64,000 bases of DNA from Clostridium sp. CAG:762 (GTDB lineage: Bacteria > Bacillota_I > Bacilli_A > RF39 > UBA660). The stretch spans positions 4,632-68,631 of the forward strand of contig HF996832.1 of NCBI GenBank assembly GCA_000432575.1, read 5' to 3'. Made by a program: the position numbers and the translations under genes. Of the stretch, positions 53,869-63,975 are shown one piece after another. The notes beneath the pieces were generated by a model, which was not told the origin of the DNA, did not search any database, and was given only the letters and a program-made list of their open reading frames with translations. Each line of letters opens with the position of its first letter. Position 1 is the first letter of the stretch.

Positions 53869-56499
53869 ATGATAAAATATGTTTATGCTTTTAGTGAAGG
53901 CAACAAAGATATGCGTGATTTACTTGGTGGTAAAGGTGCTAATTTAGCAGAAATGACTAAAGTTGGTTTACCTGTACCTAAAGGTTTTACTGTAACTACA
54001 GAAGCTTGTAATAAGTATTATGAAGATAAAGAACAAATATCTAAAGAAGTAAAGGATCAAATATTTGAAAAACTAGAAGAATTAGAAAAAGCTACTGGTA
54101 AAAAAATGGGTGATTTAGAGAATCCATTACTAGTATCAGTAAGGAGTGGAGCACGTGCTTCAATGCCTGGTATGATGGATACTGTTTTAAATCTTGGTTT
54201 AAATGACGCAGTAGCAGAAAATTTTGCGAAAGTTACTAACAATAAGAGATTTGCATATGATTCTTATAGAAGATTTATTATGATGTTTGCAGATGTAGTA
54301 AAAGGATATTCTAAGAATTCCTTTGAAAGATTACTCGATAAAATCAAAGAAGAAAAGAATGCTAAGTATGATACTGATTTAAATGAAGATGATATGTATG
54401 AGATAGCAATGAAATTTAAAGAAGTATATAAAGAATTATCAGGTGTTGAATTTCCACAAGATCCAAGAGTTCAATTAATCGAAGCTGTTACTGCAGTATT
54501 TAGAAGTTGGAATAATGAAAGAGCTATTATTTATAGAAGAATGAATGATATTCCTGGTTCATGGGGAACTGCCGTTAATATTCAAGAGATGGTTTTTGGT
54601 AATAAGGGTGATGACTGTGGAACTGGTGTAGCATTTACAAGAAATCCATCAACTGGTGAAAATAAACTTTATGGTGAATATTTAATTAATGCTCAAGGAG
54701 AAGATGTTGTAGCAGGTGTTAGAACACCACAAGATATTTCTACGCTAGAGACTGTAATGCCTAAAGTATATGAGGAATTTGTTAAAACAACACAAATATT
54801 AGAGAAACATTATCGTGATATGCAAGATATGGAATTTACTATTGAAAATGGTAAACTATTTATGTTACAAACAAGAAATGGTAAGAGAACAGCACAAGCT
54901 GCTTTGAAAATTGCGGTTGATTTAGTAAATGAAGGAATGTTAACAAAAGAAGAAGCTCTATTGAAGGTTGAGCCTAAGCAATTAGATAGTTTATTACATC
55001 CTAATTTTAATGTAAATGCTTTAAAAGAGGCTAAATTAGTAGCTACAGGACTTGCTGCTTCACCAGGGGCAGCGTGTGGTAAGATTTATTTCAATGCTTT
55101 AGATGTAAGTAAGGCTAAAGAGAATAAGGAAAAAGTATTACTTGTTAGACTTGAAACTTCACCTGAAGATATTCAAGGTATGAACGATGCTGAGGGAATA
55201 TTAACTATTCGTGGAGGAATGACATCTCATGCGGCTGTTGTAGCACGTGGAATGGGAAGATGCTGTGTCTGTGGATGTGGTGAGTTAATAGTAAACGAAG
55301 AAAAAAAGACACTTACTACAAAAGAAGGGCATGTATATCATGAAGGAGATTATTTATCAATAGATGGTTCTACTGGTAAAGTATATGATGGCATTGTTGA
55401 AACTAAGGAACCATCAATATCAGGATATTTTGAAACATTTATGAATTGGGCAGATGAAGTTAGAACATTAAAAGTTAGAACTAATGCTGATACTCCAAAA
55501 GATGCTAAACAGGCTTTAAAATTTGGGGCAGAAGGAATTGGTTTATGTCGTACAGAGCATATGTTCTTTGAAGAAACTAGAATATTTAACTTTAGAAGAA
55601 TGATCGCAGCTAAGACAGTTGAACAAAGGGAAGAGGCTTTAGAAAAAATACTTCCATATCAAAGAGAAGATTTTATTGGACTATTTAAGGCTATGGAAGG
55701 TAATCCTGTAACAATTAGATTCTTAGATCCACCTTTACATGAGTTTTTACCTCATACTGATGAAGAAATTAAACCTTTGGCAGAAAGTCTTGATATGTCA
55801 TTTGAAGAATTAAAAAATAGAGTTGAATCTTTGAAAGAATTTAATCCTATGATGGGGCATCGTGGTTGTAGATTAGCAATAACTTATCCAGAAATTGCAA
55901 GGATGCAAACAAGAGCTGTTATAGAAGCGGCAATTGAAGTTAATAAAGAAGGTATGAATGTTGTACCTGAAATTATGATACCTTTAGTAGCAGAAGTTAA
56001 GGAATTAAAATATGTACGCGAGATAGTATGTGAAACTGCTGATTCTATTATTAAGGAACAAGGTGTTAAGTTAGATTATAAAGTTGGCACAATGATTGAA
56101 ATACCTCGTGCAGCTTTAACGGCAGATAAGATTGCTGAGGAAGCAGAGTTCTTTAGTTTTGGTACTAATGATTTAACTCAAATGACATATGGGTTCTCTC
56201 GTGATGATGCTACGAAATTCTTACCATATTATTATGAAAAGCAAATACTAGAATCTGATCCATTTGCAAGATTAGATCAAGCTGGTGTTGGACAATTAGT
56301 AGAAATGGCTACAAGAAAAGGAAGAAGTACTAGAAGTGATATTAAGTTAGGTATATGTGGGGAACATGGAGGAGATCCTTCTTCAGTAGAATTTTGCCAC
56401 AAGTTAGGGCTTAATTATGTTTCTTGTTCACCATTTAGAGTGCCTATAGCAAGACTTGCAGCAGCACAAGCCGCTGTCAAGTTTGGGGGACTAAAATAA
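53869..56499 (+). CDS. ppdK: Pyruvate, phosphate dikinase
   Basis: 876 aa. GGKGANLAEM, the phospho-His block GGMTSHAAVVARG and GICGEHGGDP. Confidence 0.97.
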   Translation: MIKYVYAFSEGNKDMRDLLGGKGANLAEMTKVGLPVPKGFTVTTEACNKYYEDKEQISKEVKDQIFEKLEELEKATGKKMGDLENPLLVSVRSGARASMPGMMDTVLNLGLNDAVAENFAKVTNNKRFAYDSYRRFIMMFADVVKGYSKNSFERLLDKIKEEKNAKYDTDLNEDDMYEIAMKFKEVYKELSGVEFPQDPRVQLIEAVTAVFRSWNNERAIIYRRMNDIPGSWGTAVNIQEMVFGNKGDDCGTGVAFTRNPSTGENKLYGEYLINAQGEDVVAGVRTPQDISTLETVMPKVYEEFVKTTQILEKHYRDMQDMEFTIENGKLFMLQTRNGKRTAQAALKIAVDLVNEGMLTKEEALLKVEPKQLDSLLHPNFNVNALKEAKLVATGLAASPGAACGKIYFNALDVSKAKENKEKVLLVRLETSPEDIQGMNDAEGILTIRGGMTSHAAVVARGMGRCCVCGCGELIVNEEKKTLTTKEGHVYHEGDYLSIDGSTGKVYDGIVETKEPSISGYFETFMNWADEVRTLKVRTNADTPKDAKQALKFGAEGIGLCRTEHMFFEETRIFNFRRMIAAKTVEQREEALEKILPYQREDFIGLFKAMEGNPVTIRFLDPPLHEFLPHTDEEIKPLAESLDMSFEELKNRVESLKEFNPMMGHRGCRLAITYPEIARMQTRAVIEAAIEVNKEGMNVVPEIMIPLVAEVKELKYVREIVCETADSIIKEQGVKLDYKVGTMIEIPRAALTADKIAEEAEFFSFGTNDLTQMTYGFSRDDATKFLPYYYEKQILESDPFARLDQAGVGQLVEMATRKGRSTRSDIKLGICGEHGGDPSSVEFCHKLGLNYVSCSPFRVPIARLAAAQAAVKFGGLK

Positions 56500-56613
56500 T
56501 ATATTTATAATAGTTGCTGGTTTTGTAAGAAATTTAGTAAATAATTGTATATTTTATTGAAAATAATATAAAAATTTTATACATAAAATATAAATAGCTC
56601 ATTATTGAATATT

Positions 56614-56639
56614 ACTGACGAAAATGTCAATAAAATTCA
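56614..56639 (+). repeat. Operator-like 26-nt direct repeat, copy 1 (ACTGACGAAAATGTCAATAAAATTCA)
   Basis: 24/26 identical to copy 2. Contains the inverted half-sites TGAC-N5/6-GTCA. Confidence 0.8.
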
Positions 56640-56689
56640 ATGAAATATTGTTTTATAAAAAAATATGTAGTATAATTGTATTGAAATTA

Positions 56690-56715
56690 ACTGACAAAAG
56701 TGTCAATAAAATTCA
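56690..56715 (+). repeat. Operator-like 26-nt direct repeat, copy 2 (ACTGACAAAAGTGTCAATAAAATTCA)
   Basis: Lies 76 nt downstream of copy 1 and 19 nt before the ATPase start codon. A TATAAT at 56671-56676 sits between the copies. Confidence 0.8.
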
Positions 56716-56733
56716 GTTAGGAGAATAATTAAT

Positions 56734-57975
56734 ATGAAAGAAATTAAAAGAGAACAATATTTAAATGAATTAGTTTCATCTCGTGAAAATAAACTAATTA
56801 AAGTTATTACAGGAATTAGAAGGTGTGGTAAGTCATATCTTCTAGATCCAATTTTTAAAAACTATCTATTAGAGTCTGGAATAAAAGAAGATCATATTGT
56901 GAAGTTGGATTTAGATTTAGTAGAAAATAAGAAATATAGAGAACCCATGGAGTTATTTAATTATGTAATGGGTAAAGTTACTGATAAAGAAATGTATTAT
57001 ATATTATTAGATGAAATACAATTAGTAGATAACTTTGAGGATGTCTTAAATAGTTTTTTAAAAAAAACTAACTTAGATGTTTATGTAACTGGTTCTAATT
57101 CTAAATTTTTATCAACTGATATAGTAACTGAATTTAGAGGAAGAAGCACAGAAATAAAAATTTATCCTCTATCTTTTAGTGAATTTGTAGAACTTAAAAA
57201 TGTTTCTATAGATACAGCTTGGAAAGAATATATTTTATATGGTGGACTTCCTCCCGTTATACTTCAAGAAGATGAGAAACAAAAAAGAGAATATTTACAT
57301 AGTTTATTTGAAACAACATATATAAAAGATATTATAGAAAGAAATGATATAAAAAGAAAAGATGTTTTAGATTCAGTAGTAAATATTTTAGCATCTTCAG
57401 TTGGTTCTTTAACAAATCCTATGAATATTTATAAAACATATACAAGTGTTGGGGATAAAGATATTTCTATTAATACTATTACTTCATACATTGAATATAT
57501 TGAAAATGCTTTTTTAGTAAAAAAAGTAGAAAGATATGATGTTAAAGGAAGAAAATATATATCTACACCTTTTAAGTATTATTTTACTGATTTAGGACTT
57601 AGAAATGTTAGATTAAATTTTAGACAGCAAGAAGAAAATCATATAATGGAAAATATTATTTTTAATGAACTACTTATAAGAGGATATACTGTAGATGTAG
57701 GAGTAGTAGAAACAAGAAATAGTGATGGTAGGACATATTATGAAATAGATTTTATTTGTAATATGGCAAGTAATAGATATTACATACAATCAGCTTTAAA
57801 TATTGATTCTAAAGAAAAAAATTATCAAGAGTCAAGACCACTTAATTGTGTAGGAGATAATTTCAAAAAGATTATAGTTGTAAAAGATGATATAAATCCT
57901 TGGTATAATGAAGATGGTATATTAATTATTGGAATAAAAGATTTTTTACTAAATAAAAGTAGTTTAAGTTTATAG
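56734..57975 (+). CDS. AAA-type ATPase with a C-terminal DUF4143 domain
   Basis: ITGIRRCGKSYLL P-loop and LLDEIQ Walker B. Size and layout are typical of the AAA_14+DUF4143 family. Confidence 0.8.
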   Translation: MKEIKREQYLNELVSSRENKLIKVITGIRRCGKSYLLDPIFKNYLLESGIKEDHIVKLDLDLVENKKYREPMELFNYVMGKVTDKEMYYILLDEIQLVDNFEDVLNSFLKKTNLDVYVTGSNSKFLSTDIVTEFRGRSTEIKIYPLSFSEFVELKNVSIDTAWKEYILYGGLPPVILQEDEKQKREYLHSLFETTYIKDIIERNDIKRKDVLDSVVNILASSVGSLTNPMNIYKTYTSVGDKDISINTITSYIEYIENAFLVKKVERYDVKGRKYISTPFKYYFTDLGLRNVRLNFRQQEENHIMENIIFNELLIRGYTVDVGVVETRNSDGRTYYEIDFICNMASNRYYIQSALNIDSKEKNYQESRPLNCVGDNFKKIIVVKDDINPWYNEDGILIIGIKDFLLNKSSLSL

Positions 57976-57982
57976 TATGTTT

Positions 57983-58003
57983 GGACTAGAAATAGTCCTT
58001 TTT
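57983..58003 (+). terminator. Terminator after the ATPase gene
   Basis: GGACTA-gaaa-TAGTCC followed by TTTTT. Confidence 0.8.
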
Positions 58004-58260
58004 ATTATATAATAAAAAGATTATTATTTAATGTAGTAGGTATAAGAATAAAGTAAAGGAAACTATGAATAAATAGTTTCTTTTTGTTTGTTTTAGGCTG
58101 ATTAATGCATGATATTATTTAAGTAATTGGGTATATAGTTATTAATTTTTTATATTATAGTAAAAATATATAAATATTTATGCTATAATTATAAGTAGAT
58201 AGATACTGATGAATATTATAATAAATTTAATATTTAAAGGGAATTTAAGGAGGATTAATC

Positions 58261-58872
58261 ATGAAAGATAAAAAAAATATTATAATTATTGTTCTTAGTT
58301 TATTATTTGTTATACTTTGTATATTAGTTAAATTAGATTTATTAAGTAATATAGATGAAAGCGTATATAAGTTTATTACAAGTAATATGAATGATACAAC
58401 AACAAATATATATAAAGTAATTACTTTTTTTGGTAGTACAATATTTATGGTGGGATTATGTGTTTTACTATTGGTGTTATTTATTATAATAAAGAAAAAT
58501 ATTTATGGATATATAATAAGTGGAACATTAATTTTCTCTACAATAATGAATAATGTAATAAAAGTAATTATAAGAAGAGAAAGACCAATATATATGATAG
58601 TAAGAGAAACTACATTTTCATTTCCAAGTGGACATACAATGGCATCGGTATCAATGTATGGTATATTGATATATTTAATAAATAAAAGTAATATGAATAA
58701 GAAATTAAAAATAATTTTAAGTATAATTCTTGGTATGATACCACTTATGGTTGCAACTAGTAGAATATACCTTGGAGCACATTATTTTAGTGATATTCTA
58801 GGAGCTATAATGCTTGCTACAATAGTATTACTTATTTCAACTAAATATATTAAAGATAAAAAAATAATTTAA
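58261..58872 (+). CDS. PAP2-family membrane phosphatase (BcrC/undecaprenyl-diphosphatase-like)
   Basis: KVIIRRERP, PSGHT and SRIYLGAHYFSD signature motifs. Confidence 0.88.
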   Translation: MKDKKNIIIIVLSLLFVILCILVKLDLLSNIDESVYKFITSNMNDTTTNIYKVITFFGSTIFMVGLCVLLLVLFIIIKKNIYGYIISGTLIFSTIMNNVIKVIIRRERPIYMIVRETTFSFPSGHTMASVSMYGILIYLINKSNMNKKLKIILSIILGMIPLMVATSRIYLGAHYFSDILGAIMLATIVLLISTKYIKDKKII

Positions 58873-58883
58873 TTATTAATTTG

Positions 58884-58906
58884 AAACTTAGTAAAGTTTA
58901 TTTTTT
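58884..58906 (+). terminator. Terminator after the PAP2 gene
   Basis: AAACTT-agta-AAGTTT followed by ATTTTTT. Confidence 0.6.
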
Positions 58907-58918
58907 GCATAAAAATTA

Positions 58919-58947
58919 TTGCATAAGCATATAAAAAATGATACAAT
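58919..58947 (+). promoter_or_regulatory. Sigma-A promoter (extended -10) heading a ~340-nt leader before the protease gene
   Basis: TTGCAT-17 nt-TACAAT, with TGA immediately before the -10. Confidence 0.55.
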
Positions 58948-59293
58948 TGATATGTAAGATAGACGAATGAATGATACATTGTAATCAATGTACCAAATAA
59001 TTTACAAATCAACCATATATCCTTTTTAAATAGTCAAAAATATGAAATTAATTCAAATGGTGCTAGTAAAGTATTTAAGTTTAAAGGTAGTGCAATAGGA
59101 GTTTATGAAATTGTGGAAGTGTAGATATTTCTATTTGATATATTATTTATTATGGTATTAAGTTTTTGGTAGTCAAAAACTTAATATAAATTTAAAAGAA
59201 AAGGAGGTTTTTATTAATGTAAAATTAATTTATGATTTAATTAATAGTATCATTCACAGAATACATAATTAAAAATTGAAATAAGGAGAAAAA

Positions 59294-60523
59294 ATGAAAA
59301 AAAAGAATTTAATGTTTTTAATTTTATTAATTATATTTTTTGTTGAATCAACAACTATAATTAATGCAACAACTAATGAAAAAACTAATGAAAATAATCA
59401 TAGTTATTTAGAACGTAACCTAAAACAAGTGGAATTGTCTACAAAAATTCAAAATATAATTAAAGATTATTATAATATAAAAGATGTTTATCAGGATATA
59501 TTTCCAGCGTATTATGGTGGTATATATATAAGTGATGATGCGAAAAATTTAATAATTCAAATTGTAAAAGATAATATTCCTGAAAAAAATTCAAGTGATT
59601 ATTTAATATACCATAATATTATTAGTATGGATAAGTCGATAATGATAGAATATGTTAATAATTCATTCAATGAATTGAATTATATTAATAATAGTATTGC
59701 TGATTATATGAAGAATAATGCTACTGAAGCAAGAAATGTAATGAGTGGTTACATTGATGTTATGAATAATTCGGTAGTTGTAGAATTACAAAAAAATAAT
59801 GCAGCTAAACAAAATGAACTTATGAAAATTTTTGATACAAGTATTGTTAAAAAATTTAATGGTGAAAATAATAAAAAAATAATTAGATTTATAAAATCAA
59901 AAAACATGATATCATTTACTAATTTAAATGCTGGTATGCAAATGCCACGTGACTTGACGTGTTCAATAGGGTTTCGAACTAGCTATAATGGAACTGTTGG
60001 ACATACAACCGCCGGGCATTGTGTACTCTATGGTTATCCAGGGGCAATTGTTACAACTGGTGAAATTATTTTAAAACAATTTGAAAATTATCAGAGATAT
60101 GATTATGCTTTTATTGCGACCGGCAATACAGAATACCAACCAACTAATAAATTAGCGTATACTAGTAGTGGTATTACTGAATTAGCTGTTGTTAGTTATT
60201 GTCCTTCGGTTACTGTTAATATGGCAATTGCAAAATCTGGAATGAAAACACATTATACGACTGGTAAAGTAACAGCATTGAATCAAAGTGTACATTACAA
60301 TAATACTAATGTTACAGTTTATGGTTTAGTTAAATCTAATGTTAATGGTGGTGAAGGTGATAGTGGTGGGCCTGTGTTTATACCTAGGACAGATGCAAAT
60401 GGTGGAGCAATACCTATAGGAATTGTTAGTGGTGGTTCTTCAGGATTTTTAGGTATTGGAAGAGAAATGTATTTTACAAATATTGAAGATTTACCGGAAG
60501 GATTAGTTATAGGCAGATATTAA
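59294..60523 (+). CDS. Secreted S1-family (streptogrisin/alpha-lytic-like) serine protease with a propeptide
   Basis: Signal peptide, CSIGFR...GHTTAGHC (His) and GGEGDSGGPVF (Ser). Confidence 0.85.
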   Translation: MKKKNLMFLILLIIFFVESTTIINATTNEKTNENNHSYLERNLKQVELSTKIQNIIKDYYNIKDVYQDIFPAYYGGIYISDDAKNLIIQIVKDNIPEKNSSDYLIYHNIISMDKSIMIEYVNNSFNELNYINNSIADYMKNNATEARNVMSGYIDVMNNSVVVELQKNNAAKQNELMKIFDTSIVKKFNGENNKKIIRFIKSKNMISFTNLNAGMQMPRDLTCSIGFRTSYNGTVGHTTAGHCVLYGYPGAIVTTGEIILKQFENYQRYDYAFIATGNTEYQPTNKLAYTSSGITELAVVSYCPSVTVNMAIAKSGMKTHYTTGKVTALNQSVHYNNTNVTVYGLVKSNVNGGEGDSGGPVFIPRTDANGGAIPIGIVSGGSSGFLGIGREMYFTNIEDLPEGLVIGRY

Positions 60524-60561
60524 AAGCTATATATAATTCATAGTGATTGGAGCTTTGAAAT

Positions 60562-61056
<495 letters not shown>

Positions 61057-61179
61057 AAATAATAATAATTATTTCTGCTTTTTAAATTGCTATTAATTAA
61101 ATAAAAAAGATTCTTTATGAATAAAATTACTTGCTAAAATGTTATTTATTTTCTATAATAAATAATTAAGGAGGAGAAT

Positions 61180-62142
61180 ATGACAAACTTTGATAATTAT
61201 TATAATGAATTACCTAATTATACTAAGAAATATTTTAGTATTTTATATAAATATTTACCAATAGAGTTAAAGGAATATGTTGATATAATTATGAGACTTA
61301 AGAATGTTAGCTATTTATGTGGTATGAAATATGCATCACCTTATCTATATAATTTTAAATATGATTTTTCAAGATTAGATCATTCTATTTCTTGTTTTTT
61401 AGAAACACTTCATTTTACTAATGATTTTACGATGTCTTTAACTAGTTTATATCATGATTGTAATACACCAGTATTTTCTCATGTAATAGATTATTTATAT
61501 AAGGATTATATTAATCAAGAAGTTACAGAGAGTAAGAATGAATTGTTTCTTTTAAATAATAAAAGATTAATTAATTTATTAGATAGAGATAATATTTCTA
61601 TTGAGGATATTATTAATCCTAAAAAATATTCTATTGTAGATAATGATAGACCAAAATTATGTATTGATAGATTGGATGGTATTTTTTTAAATAGTTTATC
61701 TTGGAGTAAATGTATTGGTTTTTGTGATGTAGAAGAAATATATAATAATATGCTAGTTCTTATTAATAGAGAAAATGAACAAGAATTAGGTTTTAATGAA
61801 TTATATTATGCTTTGACTATTTGTTATTGTGAAAATAGGATTAATAAATTAATTCATAGTGATAAAGATAATTATGCTATGTTACTTTTATCTAGTATTA
61901 TTAAATATATGTTAGATAATAAATATATTGTTGATAGTGATTTATATAATTATGATGAATTAGAATTTATTAATATTATTAAGATTAAATCTTTAGATGA
62001 TAATAATTTATCTTTAATGTGGGAGTTATTTACTAAAGTAGAAAATATATATGATATACCTAAAATAAGTAGTAAAGAAAGATATGTTTTCCCTTTATTT
62101 ATTGATAAGGATAAGAAAGTAAAAAGATTAAAATATAAATAA
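61180..62142 (+). CDS. Divergent HD-domain protein, paralog-like to the N-terminal half of the 51915 gene
   Basis: SRLDHSISC, SLYHDCNTPVFSH and CIDRLDGIFLNS parallel RFDHSLGV, LVHDIGHGPFSH and IDIDRLDYIARDS. Confidence 0.6.
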   Translation: MTNFDNYYNELPNYTKKYFSILYKYLPIELKEYVDIIMRLKNVSYLCGMKYASPYLYNFKYDFSRLDHSISCFLETLHFTNDFTMSLTSLYHDCNTPVFSHVIDYLYKDYINQEVTESKNELFLLNNKRLINLLDRDNISIEDIINPKKYSIVDNDRPKLCIDRLDGIFLNSLSWSKCIGFCDVEEIYNNMLVLINRENEQELGFNELYYALTICYCENRINKLIHSDKDNYAMLLLSSIIKYMLDNKYIVDSDLYNYDELEFINIIKIKSLDDNNLSLMWELFTKVENIYDIPKISSKERYVFPLFIDKDKKVKRLKYK

Positions 62143-62285
62143 ATAATATAAGATAATCTATTATTTTTTTAACAGGTTAATAAATAGAAATAGTATTATT
62201 ATATAAATATATTTAAAATTTATATTCTTTAATAGACTTTTTATTAGAAATATGTTAAAATTTTTATAGAAAGTAGGAATTGTTT

Positions 62286-62573
62286 ATGAAGTATATAACT
62301 AGAATTGTTGTTATTCTTTTAAGTATATCTTTAGTAACATTTATAATTATTACTATTAATATAGATAATAGTATTAAAAGATTAGAAGATACTAAGAATA
62401 AGATAAATAATGATACTAATATTACTATAGATAATATTGATATGATAAAGAAAAGTATAAGTGATAAGGAAGAGGAATTAATAAAATTAAAAGAAGAAAA
62501 TAAGGATAAATATGAGGTATTTGAAAAATGGAAAAGACAAAATCAAAAGTTAGAAGAATTACTTATACAATAA
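62286..62573 (+). CDS. Small TM plus coiled-coil protein
   Basis: 95 aa. ATG 62286 follows AGTAGGA. Overlaps the next ORF by 46 nt. Confidence 0.4.
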   Translation: MKYITRIVVILLSISLVTFIIITINIDNSIKRLEDTKNKINNDTNITIDNIDMIKKSISDKEEELIKLKEENKDKYEVFEKWKRQNQKLEELLIQ

Positions 62574-63454
62574 TAACAATTATTTTAGTAATATTGAATA
62601 TTTATACTTTATATCTATATTCTTATAAATTAAGTAAATATAATAATTTACAAAAAAATAACACTGCTATTGAAAATAAACTTAGTAATATTGTAAAAGA
62701 AAAAGATATAGAAGATAATAAATTAAAAAATATAGAAGAAGATATTGATAAGATAAATAATATTGATAAACAAATAGAAGAAATAAAAAATAAATTTTAT
62801 GAAAATGAATCTAAGTATGAAAAATTAGTATTAGAAGGAAAAGGTAGTAAAAAAATAGCTTATTTGACATTTGATGATGGTCCTTATCAAATTAGTTATC
62901 AGTTTTTAGATGTGTTAGATAAATATGATATTTTAGCAACATTTTTTGTTATTGGTAATAAACCTGATGATAGATTACCTATATATAAAGAAGAAGTTAG
63001 AAGAGGGCATACTATTGCTAATCATACTTATTATCATTCAATATCGAAGGGTTTATATAATTCGGTTAGTTCTTTTACAAATCAAATTAAGAAAAATGAA
63101 GATTTTATTTTAAAAGAAACGGGAATTAAGACTAATATATTAAGGTTTCCTGGTGGTAGTAATCAAGCTAAGGGTTTGAAAACAAGTATTATTAAAGAAA
63201 TAAGTAATATGGGTTATGGTTATGTAGATTGGGATTTAGAAACGGGAGACGGTAAGAAGGTAGCTCCTACAATAAAAGAATCTATTGATAATGTTTTAAA
63301 TAAAACTAATGATAGAGATATAGTTGTAGTTTTGATGCATGATTATAGTAGTATTACTTTGAGTGCATTACCTAGTATTATAGAGGGTTTAGAAAAACAG
63401 AATTATATTATGCTACCGCTTTTTTATGAGAGTGTTAAAGTTAAGAAAAGTTAG
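62528..63454 (+). CDS. Membrane-anchored polysaccharide deacetylase (NodB domain) with a coiled-coil linker
   Basis: LTFDDGPY, ANHTYYH, LRFPGGS and MHD motifs. Confidence 0.85.
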   Translation: MEKTKSKVRRITYTIITIILVILNIYTLYLYSYKLSKYNNLQKNNTAIENKLSNIVKEKDIEDNKLKNIEEDIDKINNIDKQIEEIKNKFYENESKYEKLVLEGKGSKKIAYLTFDDGPYQISYQFLDVLDKYDILATFFVIGNKPDDRLPIYKEEVRRGHTIANHTYYHSISKGLYNSVSSFTNQIKKNEDFILKETGIKTNILRFPGGSNQAKGLKTSIIKEISNMGYGYVDWDLETGDGKKVAPTIKESIDNVLNKTNDRDIVVVLMHDYSSITLSALPSIIEGLEKQNYIMLPLFYESVKVKKS

Positions 63455-63465
63455 GAGGTTTTAAG

Positions 63466-63975
63466 ATGGTAGATGTATGTAAAAAGAAAGAGAATTATTT
63501 GACTTGGGATGAATATTTTATGGCAATTGCAAAGTTATCCGCGATGCGTAGTAAGGATCCAAGTACACAAGTGGGGGCTTGTATAGTAGATAAGAATAAT
63601 CGTATTTTATCTATTGGTTATAATGGTGCTCCAAATGGATATAGTGATGATATATTTCCTTGGGATAGGGAAGGTAATGAGTTAGAAACTAAATATCCTT
63701 ATGTTGTTCATGCAGAAAGAAATGCTATTTTAAATTATCGTGGTAGTCGTAAGGATTTTGAGGGTGCTAAGATTTATGTTGATTTATTTCCTTGTAATGA
63801 ATGTGCTAAGGAAATAATTCAGGCAGGTATTAGTGAGGTGATTTATCTTAGTGATAAATATGCTAATACTAATTCAGTAATAGCCTCAAAAAGATTATTT
63901 GATGCTTGTAATGTCTCTTATCATGAATTAAAAGATATTAAAAATAAAGAAGTAATTCTTTCTTTAAAGAAATAA
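63466..63975 (+). CDS. comEB: dCMP deaminase (ComEB family)
   Basis: HAERNAI and PCNECAKEI zinc-binding motifs. 169 aa. Confidence 0.9.
   Translation: MVDVCKKKENYLTWDEYFMAIAKLSAMRSKDPSTQVGACIVDKNNRILSIGYNGAPNGYSDDIFPWDREGNELETKYPYVVHAERNAILNYRGSRKDFEGAKIYVDLFPCNECAKEIIQAGISEVIYLSDKYANTNSVIASKRLFDACNVSYHELKDIKNKEVILSLKK

Noticed and set aside
592-54242. Minus-strand ORFs in the track that are nested inside + strand genes: 592-870, 3639-3860, 3890-4102, 10716-11150, 14159-14485, 22547-22955, 27564-27749, 30024-30263, 30396-30596, 30942-31525, 34022-34228, 40544-40795, 42048-42302, 44505-44807, 46692-46901 and 54057-54242. Also the + strand ORFs 47809-48069 and 48356-48556 inside rnhC, and 24486-24692 in another frame of the 24160 gene.
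   Set aside because: Each lies fully within, or largely antisense to, a well-supported gene. They have no SD, low-complexity Leu/Ser/Phe-rich translations typical of shadow frames in AT-rich DNA, and no recognisable motifs.
50117-56710. Recurrent (A/G)TGTCAA in intergenic DNA (about 50122, 51163, 53775, 53785, 56625, 56701) as a regulator half-site.
   Set aside because: TGTCAA is the reverse complement of the TTGACA -35 hexamer and is compositionally favoured. Apart from the 26-nt repeat pair reported separately, the flanks do not align.
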